Part shown: positions 49,101-55,621 of the stretch, one piece after another
Numbering within the stretch: the first letter of the stretch is position 1
Layout of the letters: the number at the start of each line of letters is the position of its first letter
DNA from: Escherichia phage EK8
Strand: one strand, 5' to 3'
Sequence record: PQ805430.1
DNA: 64,000 nucleotides
Position numbers and translations under genes: made by a program
The notes under the pieces: generated by a model
The model's input: the letters and a program-made list of their open reading frames with translations, nothing else
What the model was told of the DNA's origin: nothing
Database searches by the model: none

Positions 49101-51232
49101 TGGTTATCCGCGCTAAAGCACTCGGCTATTATATGGTGACTGGGAAACCAACTGATGTAGGTTTAGCTAAGAATGCACAAGCCATTGCTTCTGGAGCTGG
49201 TACTCACTACGTCACGACTGGTTTAGCAGACCGCAATGGTGCCCTGACAGAGGCAATAGATCAACTGGCTACTCTGTACGCCATAGACTACTCAAAACCA
49301 GAGCATTTATCGGCTACTGCTGCCGTCATGAAACGTGAGATGGCTAACCCTTACAATGGCATTAAAGCGTTGCTGAATGTGCATAAAGTGCTGGCCGAGG
49401 ACGCAGCCTCTACCCTGTTCCAGGATAACGAGATCTCCCGGATTAAAGGCTACGTTCCAGAGGTAACCAACCCTTATCGTGATGTGAAGATTGTTGAAGA
49501 GGGTGACCGTGCTCAACGTTCAGAGCTTGAGGCAATGGGGTATCAGTTTGTAGGCATGGTGCCGACTGATCCGACTATCCCAAGCATGGGCAAGAAAGCA
49601 ATGTACGCCACTAAGGACAACGGCTCTCAACGTTACGTGTCTGGTGCTGTGAGCTTAACCAGCAATCAACGTAAAGGTTCGTCGGCTATCCGTAACCAGA
49701 ACTACCGCAAAGGGCAAGGCCCGACTGTGGCCGATGGCAGCAAAGCTGTGTATGCCGCTGCTCGTCGCCGTGCTCAAATGAGTTATAAAGACTTTGACCC
49801 TACTCAGGTTAAAGATACTTATATGATTCCGGTGTTCGGAACTGATGGCCGTATTATGGACTTCCAGTACGAGATGAATGCCACTAACCGTGACACTCTG
49901 CTGGATCGTAACAATGACTTTGCACACCTGCTGGGTCAGTACGCAGGGCAGAACTTCGATAAGCTGCATAGCCCGACTCAGAACCGAGTCATTATGGAAG
50001 CTTTACACGAAGACTACCGATCCAACTACGCTGCCAATCCAGAGCGTTACGTTGCAATTGGGCCACAAGTTGCTGATGCCCGCTCCAGAGAAATCTGGGC
50101 TATGCTGCCGCAACAGACCCGTTACGACGCTGAATCAATCTGGGGTGCAGGCGAACCTATGCAGGTACGCAGTGATCTGGTCAACCTCGTGTTCGGTTTC
50201 CGTAAGCTGACAGTGGCGAATGCCTTTGATAAGGATGCCCAGGATCGCAATATGGCCGAGTCTTTAGCGACCTCCGTTTTCAACACTCTGGGCCTCCTGA
50301 CCAATTCCAACGGGAAAGTCATGGCTGCTCAGACTGAACGTGGTGTTCAAGGGGGTGTTGAACTACTGAAAGATATTATCGTGATCCGTAACGTCACCAC
50401 TTTGATGCGCAACCTAGTGGGTAATGCAGCATTGCTGAAAGCCTATGGCGTGTCTCCGACTGATATTGTGAAGGACACCAAGACTGCTTTACAGGCTGGT
50501 TTGAGCTACCGCAAAAACACTGCACTGCTGCTGAAATACCAACAGCAACAACGTGCAGGTATCGGTAACTACGAACAGCTTGAGCAGAAGATCATTCAAC
50601 TGGAAGACCAGCTTGCTCGTAACCCGATCAAGGACTTCATCGAAGCCGGTACTATGCCGAGCATAGTTGATGATGTAGATACTTCTGATACTGCGTATAC
50701 TTTTACGTCAGGCTTACAGCAGAAGATCTCTGGTGTGACTGATAAAATCCCGGCATCTGTACGGACGGCGGCTAAGTGGGCGTTTGTGACTAAAGACACA
50801 CCGCTTTACAAATTCCTGTCCAATACCGCTCAGTTCGGTGACTTTACGTCGAAATATGTGCTGTACAAATACAGTATGAATAAGGCGGATACTAAACTGA
50901 ACCACGCAGAAGCGGTACAGCGTGCAACCGATGCGTTCGTTAACTACGACCTGCCGACTTCGCCAGAGTTGCAGTATATGAACGACATGGGTTTGTTCAT
51001 GTTTACGAAGTATCGTCTGCGGATCCAGCGTGCAATGCTGACCCTGATGAAGGAACGTCCGGGCACTGCACTGGCTCAATCCGTACTGGTGTCGCGCTTT
51101 ACCGATGCACCTCCGGCACTGGAGCCTAACTTAATTACTGGTTTGGGTAATCCGTTCTCATCCGGCGTATTGCAGTTGCCGAATGCACTGACCCAGCCGA
51201 TGCCGATTAAGTTAATCCTCGGATCGCTGTAA
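40142..51232 (+). CDS. giant virion-encapsidated RNA polymerase (vRNAP), 3696 aa
   Basis: size; embedded T7-like motifs GGESDGVTNG (A), RSKAKVQATPFNYGSG (B), NFHDANL (C); N4 vRNAP is known to be about 3500 aa. Confidence 0.8.
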   Translation: MADSLLSQALNALSNGEFTNPTEAVSVPQAAPQQPVSKDSQVLDATQRINTGFAAKGIYPSISGEIERLNQQKAGREQVVQAYEEDMQRLVPTNALESGSPVIRTGAQITNAMAGFGSSIARIALQVKNLNNLGAVAAGMDGATDEEKLAFNREATQRGAEAAALVGNNARRVQDILGGVPGASAKAIAEASEIPNQLKAYPSDTNLLDREIPRGAAKIPSATQDDSLLGSVGQYFNNLNDRLVGSVNGMTGEDQTGQTESVRDRLQRAQTALTQTQKSLGNTAQGVDNEWGTDSWVNREQTQRMAQQLEEENKDLSIPGAIANTVGEYLANPSLVIQSAAESLPYALGRVGIIAGTTGQAVQNQTDGYRGQADGQLPTDEQISDVTRLNALHSGLNFVENVVNARALTGLSNAAITAPLRRGGEALADTALGRAITNAVARNGVSRAALAAGRAITPEPVRELGLTMAINGLTEAAQNQIETRNLLGDDRWDTEGNINAGVLGALSAGVMTGPSTLAAGAGAVGERIARAAQERRDAANPQAAEARRAAQDAAKPFEDLTNPEHADYNPQAAIRQQTNVFADESTTPEVRQAAIDRAQSVRDSAEQNLASVTDEVRQIQKDMATRQEIERRLEDIQTNPDSEYKGSEAQLTTIRDQIDERMPDEAAQQDLVSRFQAANENVERVRSAYDQFENAAGLRERQAPEEAQAQMDTATNPDATQEQVDTAADHVVTHPMQYTPEQLRTLADDTTNRFSDTQREAIRKLADARVAQNNLKDDLRVNQDIMQGGKGYRSLGEYTSAYAAAIRSGDKTMATNLREQLGRFQASHEQKAAVAQQMMDSGNYGQLIRQNSQWVANEGKKLRGKDKTRNGALDIHSGSGRLVARLQEEAEAIRATSAALDAMSQARPAAPATAPQPSSPAPANDATTTVEAKPEPAVVESEATVTKSSLSHYANDGVLTQDADGDMALRLDQFSPAEQQFLRDNNMVDAQNMVKAAFLRRAEPRKDDAHKPRTLNQQDRIAPAEQQTQQEQVQAQDTNENDPTPASTVETDTNVTTDQTTATKTDENTKADGATRVLRPEGKSLETARTEERAKPFSEQNLVLTGFVQRVREGFVNPLVTVENFMSSVMDKADWSGRFTEVNRYLAQPMNAAQKNLVGMFTKFHKAVEGDIDPAIKQKIGKTRGGLDRSAYNYQDFVQFLTTDGKLDENTKTALTASMFTWLAENGNKLIATRDDMAGLFHMDKGEVPVEIHNRFSEIGSSQRAVIQSLGQRAYQMLGFKVLKDVDPNRAGRMQQALGMYAMHVMMKRGYLEQTTMTAREYADVITTGLDPEAAQAKRAEFARDFLNGESIDKAKETFNFVRVPRKEVNGKLVPADNIARIVEANKGTSGVMSKLFSFDSSQTFPLTKKPGKFIQNTVGDFGQQVPSELAERLTKAQQQPYRINESLVNAMNTIRNVDEAALLHMMGVRTETETPFMHARDRIGQQAKNDDIIRALANADEVMGTLDSIDQQIYMPLAVWSNNRVGVASNMLNPQGNKVHRAMVGMEAHRVDIPVNQAPIDANGNITEYGQFLLTVAQGMEEAPIKKPGTTDKMPTVDKVTGGTYLQGMQEYLKSDSVRAGIKAMQNIVEGNSTPRDIETVKQTVAEFGMGPHSFQSLHALALVNQAREQGAEKVQVAIGGESDGVTNGPILTNVLYGTADTDLLARGGLYTADAGVTNVPQYREQGGQDYYQLLGTAQKEAWDAMYPPTTGRVTDQNQKFRRAIDYLSPGFGSRSKAKVQATPFNYGSGMDSLKRASARDTIDSVYGHITDIAEAYSRSKVEGDFARHKLEKAIEIVLAQGKTLGIKVPAFSGLGKTESLLTTELPRPIVDAIMQIDMAIRGEASETAIERVAAHYIKTRDTNTAITNAAFEVGKVVRDRAEALALEQAVKDGQVGSINDIAVEGLSTDAKANLSEQLREASAIVPTATGSLSKNKLESGYVAAKVGTTFKTNDPTTEVYASFREGANPTGTGLTNTKPTTFKDVRSGAQVKEQIAPGVSTSALVVQGTDAAISTRVIAERPAQNFHDANLFAITDMIEGAKAQNKAMWDTVVGYDSQLANTEALIRTLEGVTQQDGLTSLDWINIAGSLQQLAFKAELIGSPKESVSAVAVLGRVVGDAYNREIAKLNTLNEVEYVNQYGYEGGEYQVTAADRKALADKIDSLRISRDKAVDKAMTLGGELNTLLQQGTTTSKRKADAVNAAQRRQAIEQAAADSVPVTRDAKGKNALERFLTESKDGTVNAKDLMNFTVKSLASGRTDGSALQSRMRTTYSELAKVLAATLPENLTVNILSAQHNPKGVMGAEQNVNSRAWFYSDGKVNQINIKMDGPEAPGLEVVLHEMLHAATARALDAARRDPKANPALTEIVGRLESLRSEIEQSVQSMPQFAPAVRNVDELISWGMTNPAFQQHLDGLQSSMYPRQREGVRGRLGSMFKQFANTVLRAVYAFTGRKPSAKQMTAMEALILDTADVLQTATVNPGNAGNVNLAMASSTRAAQTAGQYTHRQIFDALSSSTAGKRNTSAFTGNLGKIIENVSDKLFSQIGGDHLTNLPAGHGYTPGQVWANALTGGKAPFTTKALAAGFHMTDQEAFAIESIETAVAAALDSGFGTAVNREIRKSWEAARKQVTPEQFHNGNWNTATPAEKAAAQAKWDHLFKLEASQNGKNRYLAQFVAMTLGHEETSKLMGFTNEVADANAPVTPFEKAAAFFNHSVNWASGYLTRTNNGQLVNQKAQALAQQLIEIDLKNRDKSVDALEKAFIYVSDLGEKAGNKIWDAAHATADAKLIRENPLGIVRMAGSITRLAAKRNLDVLSDTIRQVRDMNNPNTADGWAAQILSDIANPDKVRSAFESLQRHTNLIEQRRRNFAEITRGNVMGAFENNGEYLTNEDKTALSYTLLRTEAHSLLNTRSLDDVQQLVSSKAKRNAEIRNLEQIVLADPNGNDMVIRAKALGYYMVTGKPTDVGLAKNAQAIASGAGTHYVTTGLADRNGALTEAIDQLATLYAIDYSKPEHLSATAAVMKREMANPYNGIKALLNVHKVLAEDAASTLFQDNEISRIKGYVPEVTNPYRDVKIVEEGDRAQRSELEAMGYQFVGMVPTDPTIPSMGKKAMYATKDNGSQRYVSGAVSLTSNQRKGSSAIRNQNYRKGQGPTVADGSKAVYAAARRRAQMSYKDFDPTQVKDTYMIPVFGTDGRIMDFQYEMNATNRDTLLDRNNDFAHLLGQYAGQNFDKLHSPTQNRVIMEALHEDYRSNYAANPERYVAIGPQVADARSREIWAMLPQQTRYDAESIWGAGEPMQVRSDLVNLVFGFRKLTVANAFDKDAQDRNMAESLATSVFNTLGLLTNSNGKVMAAQTERGVQGGVELLKDIIVIRNVTTLMRNLVGNAALLKAYGVSPTDIVKDTKTALQAGLSYRKNTALLLKYQQQQRAGIGNYEQLEQKIIQLEDQLARNPIKDFIEAGTMPSIVDDVDTSDTAYTFTSGLQQKISGVTDKIPASVRTAAKWAFVTKDTPLYKFLSNTAQFGDFTSKYVLYKYSMNKADTKLNHAEAVQRATDAFVNYDLPTSPELQYMNDMGLFMFTKYRLRIQRAMLTLMKERPGTALAQSVLVSRFTDAPPALEPNLITGLGNPFSSGVLQLPNALTQPMPIKLILGSL

Positions 51233-51239
51233 AAAATAA

Positions 51240-51264
51240 AGCCTCCCTATTCGGGAGGCTTTTT
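51240..51264. terminator. strong bidirectional rho-independent terminator after vRNAP
   Basis: agcctccc-tattc-gggaggct with A-run before and T-run after. Confidence 0.6.
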
Positions 51265-51426
51265 ACTTTCATGGTGCTCTTTCAATGCAGCCACGATAAA
51301 AGCGGCAACGATAATGACTGCCGCTAAAAGTCCAACCCCATACAGGATGAACTTAAATACCATGAGCGCACCTATCAGAGCCAGGGCACCAAAGATGCCC
51401 AATATCCAGTAGATGACACTGAGCAT
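51247..51426 (-). CDS. small two-helix membrane protein (59 aa, below ORF-track cut-off)
   Basis: hand translation MLSVIYWILGIFGALALIGALMVFKFILYGVGLLAAVIIVAAFIVAALKEHHESKKPPE; AAGGAG RBS. Confidence 0.35.
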   Translation of the reverse strand: MLSVIYWILGIFGALALIGALMVFKFILYGVGLLAAVIIVAAFIVAALKEHHESKKPPE

Positions 51427-51435
51427 CTATGCTCC

Positions 51436-52197
51436 TTAATCAAACAGATCCAACACTGCATCACCGCCAGCCGGTTTTACAAAACCTTCCTCAGTGGAGG
51501 TGACAGGTTTACCTGCATCCTGAGTCGGAGCCGGGTCAGAAAACAGATCGAGGCTGTCTTCCGATACCTCCGTCTGCTGTTCACCGCCGAACGGATTGGA
51601 TGCTGCCGTAGTGCTTTCAGCTTCGCCTTCATCTGCGAACAGATTTTCCGTCTGAGTTTCCACCGACTGCTCGGCTACGCTGCCTGACTGAGTATCAGCG
51701 AACAGATCAGTTGCTGCTTCTGTTCCTGCTCCTGCTGCCGCCGCAACCGTACTCGCTGCCGTCGTCGCTTTATCTGATCCCGTTTCAGGTTTGGTTTCCA
51801 GAACTGTTTCGGTTTCCGTACCTTTGGTTTCAGGCTGCTGCGCGTCCTGGCTTTCGCCTGCGGCTTCGCCAGACGCTTGCTGTGGTTGCTGAGTTTCTGC
51901 TGCTTGTTTAGCTTTCGCTTCATCGGCTGCAATTTCCTCTTTGGTGCGACGTTTACGACGCTTACGCGGAGTTGCAGGTTCAGCTTCACCAGTCGGTTTA
52001 GCTTCGCTTTCAGCTACCGGATCAGTGTCGTCATCGTCGAAAGTGCCCTGGGGAACTTCCTCACCGACGCCAGCTACCGCTTTGATTTCGCCACCAATCG
52101 GGCCGATGTGAATTTCAACCGGTGCCAGGCCAGTTTCGGATTTCAGACCTAACAGTACCAGACGTAGAATGTCGTCGGTATTCAAAATGATTTGCAT
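51436..52197 (-). CDS. acidic disordered protein with repeated (D/N)LF motifs (253 aa)
   Basis: DLFAD, NLFAD, LDLFSD and C-terminal LDLFD; basic patch PRKRRKRRTK. Confidence 0.5.
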   Translation of the reverse strand: MQIILNTDDILRLVLLGLKSETGLAPVEIHIGPIGGEIKAVAGVGEEVPQGTFDDDDTDPVAESEAKPTGEAEPATPRKRRKRRTKEEIAADEAKAKQAAETQQPQQASGEAAGESQDAQQPETKGTETETVLETKPETGSDKATTAASTVAAAAGAGTEAATDLFADTQSGSVAEQSVETQTENLFADEGEAESTTAASNPFGGEQQTEVSEDSLDLFSDPAPTQDAGKPVTSTEEGFVKPAGGDAVLDLFD

Positions 52198-52202
52198 CTG
52201 GA

Positions 52203-52793
52203 TTATTCCTTCTTGGCTACCATAGCCATAGTTTTAAAGAGATCGGTTTCCATCGCTGCGTAGATCGCTGCAATGGCATCAGCCATGTGTTCAGCGAGGC
52301 TTGCATTCACCTCGCCCCGGTGCATAGGCCACGGTGCCTCCGGGTGCTTAGCCATTGCCCAAGCAATTGCCTGGGCTTTGGTTGCTTCCCTGGTGCCGGT
52401 AATTACCATTCTGGTTTCGATAGCGTTAACTTCGATCAGAGGTACGCGGGTATTTGAAGCCAGACTGAGTATACCGATACAAACGCCATACCCGGCCATA
52501 GCACGGGCAGATTGACTACCATGAGGGACTTCGGCTGCGATGAGGTCACTTACCCTCATCCTGTCGATAAAGCCCTTAGAGAGCTGTTTAGCGCGGTTTA
52601 AATCGATAGCACTCTGCCGAGTTTGTTTACCCTTTGGAGTTACCGGTCGGATAACGTCCAGCCGTTCAATGATCAGCTTAGACGTTTCCGGGTTGTACAG
52701 ACCTTCGGCAATGCCCCAGTTACTAAATGAGGGGTCACACCCCAGGATCCGTAAACCTTTAGGCATCGGTATCACCTTCAACCGCTTGCTCAA
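52203..52793 (-). CDS. RuvC-like Holliday junction resolvase
   Basis: N-terminal ILGCDPSFSNWG resembles RuvC ILGIDPG catalytic motif; acidic residues later. Confidence 0.5.
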   Translation of the reverse strand: MSKRLKVIPMPKGLRILGCDPSFSNWGIAEGLYNPETSKLIIERLDVIRPVTPKGKQTRQSAIDLNRAKQLSKGFIDRMRVSDLIAAEVPHGSQSARAMAGYGVCIGILSLASNTRVPLIEVNAIETRMVITGTREATKAQAIAWAMAKHPEAPWPMHRGEVNASLAEHMADAIAAIYAAMETDLFKTMAMVAKKE

Positions 52794-53097
52794 TTTCCTG
52801 CTCTACGAACTGGAACGGCAGCGTTTTGAAGATGGCACCGGCTACCTGCACACCGGCGATGAACGCATCACGCTCATTAGGTGTCAGCACTTTTTCCTTC
52901 CCACGGATGGTGGCTTTGATACGAACATCCTTCGGCGGGTTACTGGCTAAAGCAATCTGCTTCTGCCCGTCAGTGTGCCAGTCCACCATAAGCTGTGCGA
53001 ACTGATCCAGATTTTGAACAGGTAGCGGGGTTACCCCTTTACCGTCCGGCGAAATAGGAGCATTCATATGCTCAGCAGCTAATTCGTCACGAGTCAT
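52759..53097 (-). CDS. hypothetical protein (112 aa)
   Basis: ORF in replication block. Confidence 0.45.
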   Translation of the reverse strand: MTRDELAAEHMNAPISPDGKGVTPLPVQNLDQFAQLMVDWHTDGQKQIALASNPPKDVRIKATIRGKEKVLTPNERDAFIAGVQVAGAIFKTLPFQFVEQEIEQAVEGDTDA

Positions 53098-53107
53098 AAA
53101 AGCCTCT

Positions 53108-53140
53108 GGTTACGGAAAAGAAAGCCCACCGAAGTGGGCT
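53108..53140 (-). terminator. rho-independent terminator candidate after SSB-like gene
   Basis: agcccac-cgaa-gtgggct then ttcttttcc on minus strand. Confidence 0.45.
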
Positions 53141-53157
53141 ATTGAACTACTGATCTG

Positions 53158-53937
53158 TTACAGGAACAGATCGTTCTGACCAGCCGTAGTACCAGCAGGT
53201 TCCTGGCTACCAGCAGCGTTACCCGCACCAGCGAATGCACCGCCTGGTACGCCACCAGTCCCGGCCTGAGCGACAGCTTTATATTTGTCGTTCGGCTTAC
53301 CGTCCCACTTGGTTTTCCAGGTTTCGATAAACTCAGCTTTATCTTTCTTACCGACGATTTCGCCAACGGTTTTATCGTCGCGGTCACGGAAGAATTTATC
53401 GATTTCGTTGATGGTACGTTTTTCGTTGATCGGTTCGTACACACCGGTAGATGGGTTCTTCGCAGACTTGTTCTCGATGGTTTCGAGAATACCCGCTTTG
53501 ATACGCTGGCCGATCAATGGCATCAGCATATCCACTTCGGTCGGCACTTCGCGTTTCAGATCGAAGTTGTACAGGTTGATCGTTTTCTTTTCGATCTGTG
53601 CCTGCAACTGCACCAGCGGTTTACCAACGGTCAACAGGCATAGGCTGTCCACGGTCAGGAAGCCAGGCAGATATTGCAGTTCGCCAGTCTTCTTGTCTTT
53701 GTACTTAATGGAACCCTGCTTGTTCGACACGTAGATCGTGAAGCGATGTTTGTTACCGGATTCAACTTCTTTCAGTTCGAGTTGAACGAACTTAGCGCCA
53801 CCGTTGGATTTACCGCAGTACGCCAGCACAACATCAAAGCCGTAGATGCCAGAAGTCAGGGAGCGGAAACCGCCACCTACAACGTCTTTCTCTACTGCAT
53901 TACCGGCTTCGTACTCTGCACTATCTAAAAAGCTCAT
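53158..53937 (-). CDS. single-stranded DNA-binding protein-like (259 aa)
   Basis: Gly-rich C-terminal linker ending in NDLFL tip; size and position in replication module. Confidence 0.45.
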   Translation of the reverse strand: MSFLDSAEYEAGNAVEKDVVGGGFRSLTSGIYGFDVVLAYCGKSNGGAKFVQLELKEVESGNKHRFTIYVSNKQGSIKYKDKKTGELQYLPGFLTVDSLCLLTVGKPLVQLQAQIEKKTINLYNFDLKREVPTEVDMLMPLIGQRIKAGILETIENKSAKNPSTGVYEPINEKRTINEIDKFFRDRDDKTVGEIVGKKDKAEFIETWKTKWDGKPNDKYKAVAQAGTGGVPGGAFAGAGNAAGSQEPAGTTAGQNDLFL

Positions 53938-53954
53938 ATCATTACCTTTTTGGT

Positions 53955-54491
53955 TTATTTTTCGGATCCGTGATTCTCACTGAATCCGAGTTCGATTAAC
54001 TTTGCGCGTCTGGTTTCAACAGCCTCAGCCGCAGTCACGAACGATTTCTGATACACCTTCTTACCGTCCATCGTTATCTCAGCAACATAGCGGTTCCTGC
54101 GCTTGTTGTACCACACGCCCTGGTGACCAGTAACTGTATCCCGCAGTGCAGCCTTGTTTCGCATGTTCTGCTTAAAGGTTATGTCCCGGAGATTGCTGAT
54201 CCAGTTATGGTCACGTACCTGGTCTTCATGGTCGATCTGTCCCTCTGGCCATTTACCGTAGTAAATGAACCAGATAAGGATATGTTCAGGGTAGCTCTTA
54301 CCAAAGATGGTTATGCTACGATAGCCCGTACTTGGTACGAGACTCCCAGCACGAGAACCGAGAACAATTCCTTTATTATGAAACTTACCAATCCAAACAA
54401 GATGTCCAGTATTAGGGTCATATTCCAGTACCGATCTTAACAGTTGGGGGGTAAGGTCTTCTTTACGTAGTCGCATCACCGTAATACTCAT
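53955..54491 (-). CDS. HNH homing endonuclease with AP2-type DNA-binding domain
   Basis: IDHEDQVRDHNWISNLRDITFKQNMRN HNH core plus GVWYNKRRNRYVAEI AP2-like segment. Confidence 0.65.
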   Translation of the reverse strand: MSITVMRLRKEDLTPQLLRSVLEYDPNTGHLVWIGKFHNKGIVLGSRAGSLVPSTGYRSITIFGKSYPEHILIWFIYYGKWPEGQIDHEDQVRDHNWISNLRDITFKQNMRNKAALRDTVTGHQGVWYNKRRNRYVAEITMDGKKVYQKSFVTAAEAVETRRAKLIELGFSENHGSEK

Positions 54492-55200
54492 GCAGGCGGT
54501 CTAAGACCAGTTGCATGTCATTATCGATAAATGTTTCGTTGGACGCAAACAGACCCATCGGGCCACGGAGTCTTTCGTTCACCGTGTCTTTTGTGATCAT
54601 CGTCTGAAATACATACTTGAAGCCCAGAGCTTCTTCCTGCGGAGTGATCGTCAGCAAGTCCGACTTGTACTCTTCGAGGTCAGTCAGCTTTTTCTTCTTG
54701 GCTGCGATAACGCATGAGAAGTAGGATTCAATCCCGTTATTTTTCAGAGAACCTTTAACAGGCACGGAAGTTTCACGCACCATTTCGTCGGTCACATCGT
54801 CCTTAACATGGGCGGTGAAAATGACGTTCTTGGTGGATTTAGCTACCAGATCCTGCATTAGGTATTTGAAGAACTGAGCGAAGTTCGACCAGCCTTCCAT
54901 TTTGTTCGCCAGAGTCAGCACGTACTTGCTTTCGTACATATCCAGCAGGTAGGTAAGGCTGTCTACCACGATGGTATGAATTTCTGGTTTCTGCTCCGCA
55001 CCCATAAACATCTGCGGGATATGCTTAATCGGATCCGTGATTACCCGCTCAATGAACTTTGAGCGGAACGGTAATTTCTTACCGGCTTCGCAGTTGAGGT
55101 AGAGAACCCCTTCGGGATTCTTGATATTACGCAGCGATGCGGATTTGCCATTTGCTGCTTTACCTACCAGCAATACGAGGTTGTCATTGATGGCAGACAT
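54463..55200 (-). CDS. RecA-fold ATPase (Sak4-like)
   Basis: Walker A GKAANGKS, Walker B IVVDSL; 245 aa. Confidence 0.5.
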   Translation of the reverse strand: MSAINDNLVLLVGKAANGKSASLRNIKNPEGVLYLNCEAGKKLPFRSKFIERVITDPIKHIPQMFMGAEQKPEIHTIVVDSLTYLLDMYESKYVLTLANKMEGWSNFAQFFKYLMQDLVAKSTKNVIFTAHVKDDVTDEMVRETSVPVKGSLKNNGIESYFSCVIAAKKKKLTDLEEYKSDLLTITPQEEALGFKYVFQTMITKDTVNERLRGPMGLFASNETFIDNDMQLVLDRLHEYYGDATT

Positions 55201-55331
55201 TACTCTTCACCTCCCAGTACAACGACATAAATTTCGTTAGGGTCTTCACCACGTTGTTCGCAGTGGTTTTCCCATAACGCCCAATGCTGTCCGAGAAATT
55301 CCCGGAGCGATAACATCTGTTCTTCGTCCAT
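55200..55331 (-). CDS. small acidic protein (43 aa, below ORF-track cut-off)
   Basis: hand translation MDEEQMLSLREFLGQHWALWENHCEQRGEDPNEIYVVVLGGEE; AGGGGAG RBS; stop overlaps ATPase ATG. Confidence 0.35.
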   Translation of the reverse strand: MDEEQMLSLREFLGQHWALWENHCEQRGEDPNEIYVVVLGGEE

Positions 55332-55396
55332 CTGGACTCCCCTTTAAAGATGCCCCCCGAAGGGGGCAAGGCCATTAAACGAGCGGAAGCTCGTTA

Positions 55397-55621
55397 CTAA
55401 GACAGTTCGACGTAGCCTTCTTCGAATACGTCTTTAGGGGACCAGGAGTGATACTCCTGATCCGTACCTTTGGCATACACGACCAGATAGCCTGCTGTTT
55501 CCGGTGAACCAGCCAGGTCTTTCTTACCGGAGTGAGTTTTAAATTCACCCAGCGTCATTGGGGTAGCGTGAACTTTTTTATGGCACTGATACAGTTTCAG
55601 ATCTGACATTTCTAACCTCAA
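55397..55621 (-). CDS. hypothetical protein (74 aa)
   Basis: ORF, 4-nt overlap with upstream gene. Confidence 0.4.
   Translation of the reverse strand: MRLEMSDLKLYQCHKKVHATPMTLGEFKTHSGKKDLAGSPETAGYLVVYAKGTDQEYHSWSPKDVFEEGYVELS

Noticed and set aside
40381-50799. Numerous 60-400 aa ORFs on both strands inside the vRNAP gene
   Set aside because: All are embedded in or antisense to a single uninterrupted 11-kb ORF that carries ordered polymerase motifs.
55184-55375. 63-aa minus-strand ORF upstream of the Sak4-like gene
   Set aside because: An alternative frame (55200..55331) has a strong AGGGGAG RBS and ends in a 1-nt stop/start overlap with the ATPase gene, whereas this ORF overlaps the ATPase start by 17 nt.
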